Of a stretch of DNA of 64,000 bases, positions 28,131 through 36,466 are shown one piece after another (within the stretch, counting starts at the first letter, position 1; each line of letters starts with the position of its first letter). The stretch spans positions 2,701-66,700 of IMG/VR virus record IMGVR_UViG_3300009545_000023, one strand, 5' to 3'. The notes beneath the pieces are model-generated. The model was not told the origin of the DNA. It was given only the letters and a program-made list of their open reading frames with translations, and searched no databases. Source of the stretch: a virus. The position numbers and the translations under genes are program-made.

Positions 28131-28741
28131 CAGGAACCTGCCGCTCCGTCCGTCTCGGTGGCGACGTGGAACATTCCGTAACTGCCGTCTTTCTGCGGTC
28201 GCCACTCGCCGACTCCAACCGCAAACCCGGCTACATTGAAGAGGTTGACCAGTTGCTCAACCGAGATCACGGAGGCGTTATAGCGAATCTCTACCGTCGC
28301 CTCCCACTTCTTGAACTCGCCACGATAGCGAATATCAGCGGTCCCCATCCCGACGCGCACCATATCCTCACGCATCGATGGCTCACCTTCGATCTTCACT
28401 AACTCGCCGTTGATGTGGAAGGAACCACGGGCCGCGACCTTGGTCACATTGGCGATATAGGAACAGGCATCGACCGCCGCCGCTTTGAATCCCACGACAG
28501 GGAAACCGTATCCGCCGTCTGGATGCTCGTACAGGGAGTCGAGATAGTCTTGCTCGGGGTTCTTAGCAGACTTGGCGGAAACCGCCTTCTTCATCTGCTT
28601 GTCCAGCATCTCTTTCTTGGCCTTCTCCGACCACTTGTGACAGATCAGGGGAGAGTCGCCAATGATGCGGACTTTGATCGTCCGCAGGTCAAGTCGAGGA
28701 AGTTCGATTACTTCCGGGGTTGGAGCAGTTTTCTTTAGCAT
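28130..28741 (-). CDS. Stand-alone Cas7-like RAMP protein (Vipr-like)
   Basis: RAMP hallmarks: beta1 IKVRIIGDSPL, GFPVVGFKAA (compare Cas7 IPGSSLKG), C-terminal Gly-rich loop AGFAVGVGEWRPQKDGSYGMF; no other cas genes in window. Confidence 0.8.
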   Translation of the reverse strand: MLKKTAPTPEVIELPRLDLRTIKVRIIGDSPLICHKWSEKAKKEMLDKQMKKAVSAKSAKNPEQDYLDSLYEHPDGGYGFPVVGFKAAAVDACSYIANVTKVAARGSFHINGELVKIEGEPSMREDMVRVGMGTADIRYRGEFKKWEATVEIRYNASVISVEQLVNLFNVAGFAVGVGEWRPQKDGSYGMFHVATETDGAAGS

Positions 28742-28774
28742 TTGATTTTTTCTTTCTCGCCGGGTGTTCCGGTC

Positions 28775-28936
28775 TTAGTCCGCCACGATGTCATACACGC
28801 CGTCGATGATCGCGGTGTCCTTCTCCGCTTCCATCAGCAGTTTTTCCGCCGCGATGCAACCAAGGCCTGGTTCGATCACGATCACAACCGGCTTGCCGTT
28901 CTCCGTCGTCTTCAGCACCAATGAATAAGTTCGCAT
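28775..28936 (-). CDS. Small hypothetical protein (53 aa), first gene of the operon
   Basis: GGAG RBS before MRTYSL. Confidence 0.55.
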   Translation of the reverse strand: MRTYSLVLKTTENGKPVVIVIEPGLGCIAAEKLLMEAEKDTAIIDGVYDIVAD

Positions 28937-28977
28937 CGTTCGTCTCCGTGTCCGCTTGTGCGGGATGTGATACAACC

Positions 28978-29006
28978 ATTATACAATCTTCACTTGTATT
29001 TGTCAC
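28978..29006 (-). promoter_or_regulatory. Sigma70-type promoter of the leftward early operon, with embedded operator-like site
   Basis: GTGACA-17-TATAAT; spacer contains ATACAAGTG, also found at 29318-29326. Confidence 0.7.
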
Positions 29007-29018
29007 TAGTTTTACTTG

Positions 29019-29288
29019 TTATTTTTGGCAAGGAAAATACTTGTTTATCTGAGTGACCATATCACTTGCTGACAAGTCGGTAAGCCGCATGATGATGGGC
29101 CAATAGGAAGGATCGGGGCGACATACACCTGTTACCCAATACCCAACCGCTTGGACTGTGATTTTGCATTCTGCGGCAAGATCGTCTCGGGTAATTCCCT
29201 TATCCTGCATGCCTTTTGCAAGCTCACGCCACACAATATTGGGGCGTCGTCCACTGGTATTACGCTGCTTTGTCGTCCCTGTAGCCAT
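29019..29288 (-). CDS. Cro-like HTH protein
   Basis: GITRDDLAAECKITVQAVGYW..G..RP; divergent from cI-like gene; TTGTAT-17-TAAAGT promoter would make it leaderless. Confidence 0.8.
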   Translation of the reverse strand: MATGTTKQRNTSGRRPNIVWRELAKGMQDKGITRDDLAAECKITVQAVGYWVTGVCRPDPSYWPIIMRLTDLSASDMVTQINKYFPCQK

Positions 29289-29294
29289 GCACAC

Positions 29295-29360
29295 ACTTTA
29301 CACCAAATACAAGCCAGATACAAGTGCAACTTTTTGAGCATCTGAGGACACTTACAAGTG
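29295..29360. promoter_or_regulatory. Immunity operator/promoter region
   Basis: TACAAG at 29308, 29319 and 29353; palindromic CACTT-AC-AAGTG at 29349-29360. Confidence 0.55.
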
Positions 29361-29885
29361 ATGCTTTATAATGTAAACCACGGCGATAAAGCGCAAATCC
29401 GCTCGCCTTTTACTATTCCTGATGCTCGGGGTGTTCTAAGCCCGCTCAGTTTAATGCCTATGACATCGACAAAGGAAATACAGGAGACATTCGGGCTTTA
29501 CTTCAAGCGTCTACGCAAGAAAACACGCCCCAATGTCAGTCAAAAGGAAGCTGCTGATGCGGCAGGTGTTACCCAGCAATATGTGTCCCTGATTGAGAGA
29601 ACAGCGGGCACCATAGAGGAACCAGAGGTTGATTGGGAGGTAGCCATCAATCTTGCACTGGCTGTCGGCGGTACAAGAGAAGGCGCTCTAAAAGCTCATG
29701 GAAGAGATCCAAACTCCCCGAAATTTTCCGACCGAGTAGCGCCAGACCACGCAACCATTCTTGTTTCCGGGGAGATCGCTTATCTAAATTCAGCAAGCGG
29801 TCGTAAGATTTTGCTTACTGACGATCTGATGAAGCGTTTGAACTTGGAATCCGAACTGCAAGAGCAGATCGGAGAGCGAAAGTAA
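29358..29885 (+). CDS. cI-like XRE repressor
   Basis: FGLYFKRLRKK...SQKEAADAAGVTQQYVSLIER; true start probably ~29454; no S24 peptidase domain visible. Confidence 0.8.
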   Translation: MMLYNVNHGDKAQIRSPFTIPDARGVLSPLSLMPMTSTKEIQETFGLYFKRLRKKTRPNVSQKEAADAAGVTQQYVSLIERTAGTIEEPEVDWEVAINLALAVGGTREGALKAHGRDPNSPKFSDRVAPDHATILVSGEIAYLNSASGRKILLTDDLMKRLNLESELQEQIGERK

Positions 29886-30490
29886 ATCGCTAACACGAGA
29901 TATAGACCGCACACAAACTATGAGTGTGGACATATCGGAGTGGAGGCGAACGCATACTGGTTCCTGTTTTGGGTCACTTACCTCTAGCATACGTATGGCT
30001 GTGATGGGGACCAAAACAGGGGACGGTATCAACTCCTCCGATCTATTACTGACCATGACCTGAACCTCTTTGTTAACCGATCGTTAGTGAAATAAAGCAA
30101 CTTGGGATGAATCGCATTATATCATTTTTGCATTGAGAACACAAACAGGCGTTTGCCTTATAGCACTGAGCAAGTGTCGCGGCTTGCCTCTTTGCGACAG
30201 TACATCATACGCCCAAAAATCACGTTTATTCGTCAGTAGGCACATAAAAAATTGCGTGTTTTTTCGCTCTTATTACAATACATTAGCCGTTTAACGCCTG
30301 TTTTTGTGCAATAACGGTTTTATTTCAGTGAAATTGGTATAGGGCATACGAATGTGCGCCCGATTATATTCGTTTTTATTGAGTGCCGTTGACAGCAATT
30401 CAATTAGTGTCACAGCTAATGAATCTGCTTCAAAATATTAGCTATTGTACTAATAACTTTTGAGCATAGAGTCTGCCGACTACAACCGGC

Positions 30491-30745
30491 GTGACCGAGA
30501 AGCGAGACCCGAAACGAGACCCGAAACGATGGTCAGGGAGCCATCTTAACGACCGAGGATTCAGCGTTAGTTTTACCTTGACGCAGTGGCACGTAGCGGT
30601 GATGCGGCTTTATGCCGAGCGGCTGGGCGCGGAGGTCAGCAAGAGCGCGGCAATCCGACGACTCATCGAAGCGGCAGCAGAAGAGTTTACAGACGAGCAG
30701 ATCGCGGCGGCATTGGAAGCCATTCAGCAGGACAAGGCAACATAG
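30491..30745 (+). CDS. Ribbon-helix-helix-like protein
   Basis: SVSFTLT...SKSAAIRRLIE. Confidence 0.6.
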   Translation: MTEKRDPKRDPKRWSGSHLNDRGFSVSFTLTQWHVAVMRLYAERLGAEVSKSAAIRRLIEAAAEEFTDEQIAAALEAIQQDKAT

Positions 30746-30802
30746 GCGCAAATATATACACCAACCTACACAGATAGGTAGACACGCGGGTACAACTCAG
30801 GC

Positions 30803-31285
30803 ATGAGCAACACGACTGCCCTGCCGAGGCGAACACCGCGCATCAGACGGATCATCGGGAACCTCCACGAAGAGGAGATCGGCACCTTGGCAACAGACAG
30901 CGGAGATAACGGCGGCGACTCAGGAGGGCCACAGAGGGCACCAGGAGGCGCACAGAGGCAGCGAGAGGTCACAGCGCGAGAAGCAGGGGCAAGTCTCGCA
31001 TACACCTGCCTGATGGGTGGCGCGGTCATCCTGTGGGTTGTCACGATTCTAACCGTCTTCTCCAACCTCGCGGTCAAGTTCGTCATGACGATGGACGGCA
31101 TCGAGCGGACCACACCGGGTTATCTTCGCTTCGCTGGGCAGGTCATCGCTGCGCCGGTTGTCGCCGTCAAGTTTGGTGATTCGGTCATGCTCACGATTCT
31201 TTTGGTGGGGCTGGGCATCGGGGCCGCGATGGTCACAGGGGCGGTTGTCCTGGCACGGAAGGTTATTCGCGGTCCTCAATCTTAA
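30803..31285 (+). CDS. Membrane protein
   Basis: 2-3 hydrophobic segments. Confidence 0.5.
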   Translation: MSNTTALPRRTPRIRRIIGNLHEEEIGTLATDSGDNGGDSGGPQRAPGGAQRQREVTAREAGASLAYTCLMGGAVILWVVTILTVFSNLAVKFVMTMDGIERTTPGYLRFAGQVIAAPVVAVKFGDSVMLTILLVGLGIGAAMVTGAVVLARKVIRGPQS

Positions 31286-31478
31286 TCCGCTTGCCGTCCT
31301 TCAATTCGACAATAGCCGTCTTTGGCAGCAGGAAAGCATCAAAAAGTAGATGATTCGACCCGTTGTACTTCTCACCCGGCGTCGCCAATGATTCCAACAG
31401 GGCAACAAAGCCGCGCCCTACCTTCATTACCTTAATATCAGGCTCTGGTTTCATATCCAAAAACTCTCTAATTGTCAT
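31263..31478 (-). CDS. Hypothetical protein
   Basis: 71 aa with AGGA RBS. Confidence 0.5.
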   Translation of the reverse strand: MTIREFLDMKPEPDIKVMKVGRGFVALLESLATPGEKYNGSNHLLFDAFLLPKTAIVELKDGKRIKIEDRE

Positions 31479-31482
31479 GTCT

Positions 31483-32043
31483 TTAATTTCCTCTTTCTGC
31501 TCTGGCAGCGGCTAATTTTGCTTGCCATTTTGCTTCGCGTTCTGTGTGAATCCGAATCACTTCCGGGTCATTGTCGAACTCCTTCATATTCTCCATAAAT
31601 GTAGGAAAGAAAGCATTGATTGCTTTGTTACGTTCAATCTGTTCACGCATCTTTTTCAAGTCTGCGGCTTTTTTCGCCTCTGTCTCTTTGTTTATCGCCT
31701 CCTGAGTTACCTTCTTAGCCTTGTCACGGGCGATCCGCTGCTGATATCGAATATACCGAGAGCGTAGACTTTCCATATCATCGGACGCATCATCAACCGA
31801 GACACCGACAACTGTCACACGCTCCAGCGAGCAATTCAGGCATGAGCGTTCCGAAGGCCAATATGCACCACGCTTGCCAAGTTTCAGTGAGTCCGTCACC
31901 TCCTTGACTAACGTATCAGCATCCATTCGCCCGATGATCCGAGATACGCAATCGGCAGATCGCTGCATAGATGCTTCTATTCTCTCATGGTTTATCTGCT
32001 GTCGCGTTCGTCGCATCCTGGTTTCCTTTCTTCCTGTCCGCAT
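31483..32043 (-). CDS. Hypothetical helical protein
   Basis: 186 aa; probable start at MRRTRQ. Confidence 0.55.
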   Translation of the reverse strand: MRTGRKETRMRRTRQQINHERIEASMQRSADCVSRIIGRMDADTLVKEVTDSLKLGKRGAYWPSERSCLNCSLERVTVVGVSVDDASDDMESLRSRYIRYQQRIARDKAKKVTQEAINKETEAKKAADLKKMREQIERNKAINAFFPTFMENMKEFDNDPEVIRIHTEREAKWQAKLAAARAERGN

Positions 32044-32206
32044 CGATCAGGCGGCGAAGGTAAGCACTCACGCCGCCCGGTTGTTTTTTGCAGTGATCGT
32101 TCTGCTTCTCGGTCAGGTTCACCAACACCGATTTCATCGGTTCACCGGGAATGATTAGCGGGCGATGCGCTGGGTTCCCGGTTGGCTTGTAGTTTTTTCT
32201 TGGCAT
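31985..32206 (-). CDS. RHH-like DNA-binding protein
   Basis: MPRK...SVLVNLT...GGVSAYLRRLID. Confidence 0.65.
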   Translation of the reverse strand: MPRKNYKPTGNPAHRPLIIPGEPMKSVLVNLTEKQNDHCKKQPGGVSAYLRRLIDADRKKGNQDATNATADKP

Positions 32207-32424
32207 CAGCCCTTCTTTTCTACCTTTTCCAAAAGCTTCCATCCTCCTGGTTCGACTTCATCGGATGGCTGCTCATCAATCCGTGTTACACAGAACCATA
32301 CGGTAATATGTGGTTCGTCTGCATCTCTGCGCGTACTACGCCACACATTACCGCCATGTTTCCCTGCTAACCTATAAGCGAATCTGCTTGATGTCACCAC
32401 CGAGCAGCGATCTGTTTCGTTCAT
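32206..32424 (-). CDS. Hypothetical protein
   Basis: 72 aa coupled ORF. Confidence 0.5.
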   Translation of the reverse strand: MNETDRCSVVTSSRFAYRLAGKHGGNVWRSTRRDADEPHITVWFCVTRIDEQPSDEVEPGGWKLLEKVEKKG

Positions 32425-32657
32425 TTGTGATAGCCCTGATACTTCAGCGGGTCTTGCATATACTCTTCAGCATCAGCCTTGTCTAAGGCATAATGGGCTA
32501 CTGCATGCGATTCATGGTTTTCGCAGAACTTATCAAACGACTCATGATACACGCGCCAATCACCCGTCGTATTGTGTGCTGTAAAGCGATGATAGCGACC
32601 TCCACAACTAACATGAGTCACCTGCATCCAATGTCCGTAGTCAGTTACTTTTACCAT
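32421..32657 (-). CDS. Hypothetical protein
   Basis: Start MVKVTD after RBS and promoter. Confidence 0.55.
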   Translation of the reverse strand: MVKVTDYGHWMQVTHVSCGGRYHRFTAHNTTGDWRVYHESFDKFCENHESHAVAHYALDKADAEEYMQDPLKYQGYHK

Positions 32658-32692
32658 TTTCTTGATTCCCTTAAGTTCGTTCTTACATGTAC

Positions 32693-32721
32693 ATAGTAAC
32701 ATATATACTTAAGTGCGTCAA
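32693..32721 (-). promoter_or_regulatory. Sigma70-type promoter
   Basis: TTGACG-17-TACTAT. Confidence 0.65.
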
Positions 32722-32792
32722 GCCCAACCGCCAAAAATAACCCAAGAATTTTCAAACAAACGTAAAGTCAGCGAAAGGAGCGGCGAAAGCGG

Positions 32793-33473
32793 TCAGCGCC
32801 AACCGAACCAACCGGCGATTGTTTCGAAGAAGCCCGGTTTTTGCCCGTCTGGTGCATTTTCAGGCGATGGCGGGGGCGTCGGGGGGATGGAAGGGCTGTG
32901 CGTTGATCCTGGGGCGTCCTGCGCTTGATTCTGCGAGTCGCCGCCATCGGTTGCAGTCTCGCTGTGAGTCGCTGCAATTATCTCAACACTGCGACCTGCG
33001 GAACCTGGAATCATTCGGTATAGCGATAACTCCTGCTCGTGCTTCAATACTTCGAGCAGTTGCGCCTTCTCCTGCGCGGCAGTCTTTAGTTGCTCACGTA
33101 GGGATTGGATCTCACTACTTTGTGTTTGTATGGTCTCGTCTTTGGCACGGATGACCTCTTGTATAAGTTCGTCCTGTAGTCCTGTACCAACTTGCGGCGA
33201 CTCACTGCGAGACAGGAGCGGTTTGCCGACAGTCGCGGCGAGTTGCGGCAGGATAGACTCACGGTACAGTTTGACCGGTCGCCCGTCTCTTCTTCCTTCC
33301 TCGGCACGTTCGGCGAATCCGTGACGCTCCAGCCAACCCGTGACCGTTCGCACCTTCGCACCGAACCGGGCCGCGATCTCCTCGGCGGTGAGTTGCGGCG
33401 AGTCGTCAGCGGTTGGCGTCGAGTCGCTGTCAGTCACAGTAACCTCATTCGTGTTCGTGTCCTGCTCAGGCAT
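32793..33473 (-). CDS. Plasmid rep-associated HTH/coiled-coil protein with amphipathic C-tail (OrfX/DUF536/RacA-like architecture)
   Basis: LTAEEIAARFG...TV..W HTH, coiled coil, C-terminal KPGFFETIAGWFGWR; overlaps the rep stop. Confidence 0.65.
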   Translation of the reverse strand: MPEQDTNTNEVTVTDSDSTPTADDSPQLTAEEIAARFGAKVRTVTGWLERHGFAERAEEGRRDGRPVKLYRESILPQLAATVGKPLLSRSESPQVGTGLQDELIQEVIRAKDETIQTQSSEIQSLREQLKTAAQEKAQLLEVLKHEQELSLYRMIPGSAGRSVEIIAATHSETATDGGDSQNQAQDAPGSTHSPSIPPTPPPSPENAPDGQKPGFFETIAGWFGWR

Positions 33474-34359
33474 TCGCGTACAACCTCGTCTTTTGGAGCG
33501 CGGCGCGAAAGGCGTCACGACCTTTCGGGCCGCTCGTAGTCTCAAGCGCAGGAATAGGCACCGTAACGCGCTTCGACCGCTCAGGGGGCAACGTAGGGCG
33601 ATCTGACGGGTATTTTGTACGGGCGTCGGCGTACTGGTAATCGTTCACAATGGCTCGTCTCAGCCATCCACCGCGCTTGTGTTTCTCCAATGATGGAGGG
33701 ATCATCGGGATATGACGAAGGCATTGACGGACACCGTACTGTTTAACCACCTTACCGGCTTGACCTTTAGTGAATCCCGCAGACTCCATCGCAGTGATAG
33801 CGGCTTTCTCCTCGGCTGTATATATCTCATCAACACACACAGGAGGAGAGGATACCGGATCTGTAGGCGCATCCGGTGAGGCTATGTTATGTTCTTCTTT
33901 TACATAAACACCCTTCAGATCCTTTGATCCGTCAATCGGCGGTACGGTCGGGCATGGCTTTTTAGGCGTTCGGGACTGACGATCGGCGGTACTGTTCTCA
34001 CGATCAGGTAGCAATGAATAGACCGGTGAGAGGTCGTATTCGTTGCTGGTACTGGTGCCGTCTGATAGTTTGCGCTGTCGTGCTTTCACGAGTCCTGATT
34101 TCTTGAGCGGTCGCAGTGCCTTGCCTACCTTATCTGTCGAGCAGGAAAGCGCCTCAGCAATCGTTTCCTGTGCAGGATAGGCGATCTGCTGCGCGGGCCG
34201 CGTGTAGGTCAGCAGATGGCACAGAAGGCGAAACGATGCGTCAGATAGCGAGGAATTGTGAAGGATCGATACCGGAACCATCACAAAAGCATTAGGCGAA
34301 TATGCGTTCGCCTTGACAACGGGTGTCTGTGACCCGTACAATAGGGCGGAATTACTCAT
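33466..34359 (-). CDS. Plasmid-type replication initiator (winged HTH, HTH_36-like)
   Basis: FVMVP..IL....LSDASFRLL..L...AYPAQETIAEAL.CS...V...L..LKKSGLV...R.....SNEY; C-terminal GGWLRRAI..DY. Confidence 0.75.
   Translation of the reverse strand: MSNSALLYGSQTPVVKANAYSPNAFVMVPVSILHNSSLSDASFRLLCHLLTYTRPAQQIAYPAQETIAEALSCSTDKVGKALRPLKKSGLVKARQRKLSDGTSTSNEYDLSPVYSLLPDRENSTADRQSRTPKKPCPTVPPIDGSKDLKGVYVKEEHNIASPDAPTDPVSSPPVCVDEIYTAEEKAAITAMESAGFTKGQAGKVVKQYGVRQCLRHIPMIPPSLEKHKRGGWLRRAIVNDYQYADARTKYPSDRPTLPPERSKRVTVPIPALETTSGPKGRDAFRAALQKTRLYANA
34313..34342 (+). promoter_or_regulatory. Antisense promoter inside the rep 5' end
   Basis: TTGACA-18-TACAAT. Confidence 0.7.
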
Positions 34360-34422
34360 CGGGAAAACTACTCTTTCTCGGTGACAGGCCCGCAGGTATC
34401 TGGTAAATACCTGCGGGCTTTC
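34349..34422 (+). ncRNA. Predicted counter-transcribed antisense RNA (ctRNA) to the rep leader
   Basis: Promoter above, then a 12-bp stem GCCCGCAGGTAT/ATACCTGCGGGC (34388-34418) and T-rich tail; covers the rep start codon. Confidence 0.6.
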
Positions 34423-34439
34423 TGATTTTTGGTTGGTTG

Positions 34440-34468
34440 ATTGTAGCGGATTGGTTGGCGGGAGTCAA
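34440..34468 (-). promoter_or_regulatory. rep promoter
   Basis: TTGACT-17-TACAAT, convergent with the antisense promoter. Confidence 0.7.
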
Positions 34469-34474
34469 GCGGGA

Positions 34475-34708
34475 TTAGATTCCCGTGTTGATGAATGGGA
34501 ATGTACGCCGACCGGTAGGCCGTGGCGAATCGCGCCATGCACCCGGTTTATAACGACCTGCGATCCGCTCCAACTTTGCGATAGCGTCAGCATCAATTTC
34601 TTTGCCGCTTGCGATAGGCTCGATAAAGCAAACACCATCGGGCGTTTCTCCGATTACGCGCCACCCTCGCGGTACTGGTTGCCCTTTGTATTTCAGTTCT
34701 TCAATCAT
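34475..34708 (-). CDS. Hypothetical protein
   Basis: 77 aa. Confidence 0.5.
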   Translation of the reverse strand: MIEELKYKGQPVPRGWRVIGETPDGVCFIEPIASGKEIDADAIAKLERIAGRYKPGAWRDSPRPTGRRTFPFINTGI

Positions 34709-34750
34709 TTCTCACATCTCGTTTCTGCCCGCACCAGGCGAGCGCGTTGG

Positions 34751-35182
34751 TCAGGCGGCGGTAACTTCGATCTCATCGCGTTCTTGAAAGTCACGCGGCG
34801 CAGGCCGGATCTTCAGCCACGCTTCGTACCTGGGATTGTCACGGATTGACGGGAACTCATGGCAAGTTTCGCCGCGCTCCTTCACCTCAAGGTCACAGCA
34901 TCGTCTAGCTAGTCCAACCGTATTCCCAAATCCGCCTCCCCAGGACTCGCCTTCGTTGCTGACAAAATCCCATGACGCAGTAGAACCGCGATGCTCGCCC
35001 CACAGCGTCACCACGCCTTCAGGGAAGCCGTAGCGGGCAAGTTTAGCCGCTGGGTACAGTTCGCCGGTTCCGTAGTTCAGGTGATGCCGCGCCAGTGTGA
35101 CCATGCGGCGAATCCAATACTCCTCATCGGTCTCTTTTTTGAAGCGGGTCACGTTCGCTGTTTTTGGTAAGCCTTTAGCCAT
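34751..35182 (-). CDS. Hypothetical protein
   Basis: 143 aa. Confidence 0.6.
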   Translation of the reverse strand: MAKGLPKTANVTRFKKETDEEYWIRRMVTLARHHLNYGTGELYPAAKLARYGFPEGVVTLWGEHRGSTASWDFVSNEGESWGGGFGNTVGLARRCCDLEVKERGETCHEFPSIRDNPRYEAWLKIRPAPRDFQERDEIEVTAA

Positions 35183-35390
35183 TTTACAGGCAACCTTTCA
35201 ATTAATAATCAAACTAGCGTTTGAGCTTGATAATGTAAGTTGTAGTACACAACAAACACGGGCGTTAGCATACGTTGCAAGCAATTGGCGAAACGCGATT
35301 TTTGGCGGCATTTTCCGCCCGTTTCGCCCGCAAATGTCAATTTCAGGCATGGATTCAGCCCGTTTCCCGCCCAAATCGCCGGATTTATTG

Positions 35391-35780
35391 CTATTGTTGC
35401 GAGCGGTTTTCGATGTCGTTTAATTCAAAGACGCTTTCAACCAGCCGCATAAACGCATCGGCCTTCTTCTCTGGGAAGTCAGGCAGTGAATAGATAACCT
35501 GCGCGATGCGCTGAAGCGGCGGCGTCTCGTAATCCTCGGCAATCCCATCAATGAAATCGGCGGGTGACTGCTCCAACCATTCACAGATTGTCAGAATTGT
35601 TGTGAGGTCAGGCGGCAGTCCTGAATCGATGCGCGACAGGGTTGCCGTTGACACGAATCCGTTCGTACAGGCTTCGATTTGCTCAGACGCCCAGCGCAAA
35701 CCTTTGTCGTCGCGCTTGGCCCGAATCGCCGCCGCGAACAGTTTGTCATTGAATGAGAACGCGACACGCGACTTAGCCAT
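35391..35780 (-). CDS. XRE HTH regulator
   Basis: GLRWASEQI...VSTATLSRIDSG..PD..T...IC.WL; start MAKSR. Confidence 0.8.
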   Translation of the reverse strand: MAKSRVAFSFNDKLFAAAIRAKRDDKGLRWASEQIEACTNGFVSTATLSRIDSGLPPDLTTILTICEWLEQSPADFIDGIAEDYETPPLQRIAQVIYSLPDFPEKKADAFMRLVESVFELNDIENRSQQ

Positions 35781-36195
35781 TGGATTGCGTCCCTTCCTCC
35801 TTCGACACGACCGGCGCGGCCAACTCAGCATACATATCAACGAGGCTACGGATCATACGACACATAGCCATAGGCGCGGACGTATCGGATAAGGCGAGGC
35901 TTCCGTCTCTGCCCGTTGTCTTCCATGTAACCTCTATAAGACAGGAACTGGTCTGAATTGTCAGGGCGACCTTAAACCCGCGCTCGTTCAGCCACGCGAC
36001 AAGTTCCTCTATGAGCGCCCAGGACACGGCGTAAGGTGGTAGCAGCGGCTTATCCTCCTCGTCTCGGAAGGCGTAGCCCTCGCCTTCGTTGCGGACGTAA
36101 AACGTTATGCCAAATTCGGTTGTTAGTCGCCATCCCATCAGCCGCGCGATGAACTCCGACAGTTCCAGTTGGGCGGGTGTTTGTTCAGTTGTCAT
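35773..36195 (-). CDS. Phage ABA-sandwich-like protein
   Basis: ELSEFIARLMGW...LPPYAVSW...LV..L...PMAMCR. Confidence 0.65.
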   Translation of the reverse strand: MTTEQTPAQLELSEFIARLMGWRLTTEFGITFYVRNEGEGYAFRDEEDKPLLPPYAVSWALIEELVAWLNERGFKVALTIQTSSCLIEVTWKTTGRDGSLALSDTSAPMAMCRMIRSLVDMYAELAAPVVSKEEGTQSNG

Positions 36196-36464
36196 TTGGA
36201 TGGCTCCTTGTCATCGGGTGCGAGGAGGGCGGCGATTTGGCGCAGAGTGTCGGTTGATTCGGTCGCTTTCTGAAATGCCATGGATTTCAAGCATTTAGGG
36301 CACGTTACTGCACTGTCAATACTCGTCCACGATTGACCTTTTGTCAAATCAATCTTATGCGGTGTCTTAGCGCAGAGCGGCGACACATCACCAAATTGGT
36401 TGACAAGATGAGCACGGTGATAGATTTTCAGGTCGTAGTATGGATTGTTTTTGCGCCTAGTCAT
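36192..36464 (-). CDS. Small Zn-binding protein
   Basis: H...PLC...VTCPKC. Confidence 0.6.
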   Translation of the reverse strand: MTRRKNNPYYDLKIYHRAHLVNQFGDVSPLCAKTPHKIDLTKGQSWTSIDSAVTCPKCLKSMAFQKATESTDTLRQIAALLAPDDKEPSK

Positions 36465-36466
36465 GG

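Noticed and set aside
29351-29359. CTTACAAGT matches the ungapped NN concatenation of unit 3
   Set aside because: Only 9 nt; expected by chance in 64 kb given the number of possible 9-mers tested.
30504-30529. GAGACCCGAAAC duplication
   Set aside because: A 12-bp in-frame duplication (RDPK x2) with no wider structure.
35290-35385. Imperfect direct repeat GCCC(C)GTTTC..CAAAT as a centromere or iterons
   Set aside because: Only two degenerate copies; insufficient support.
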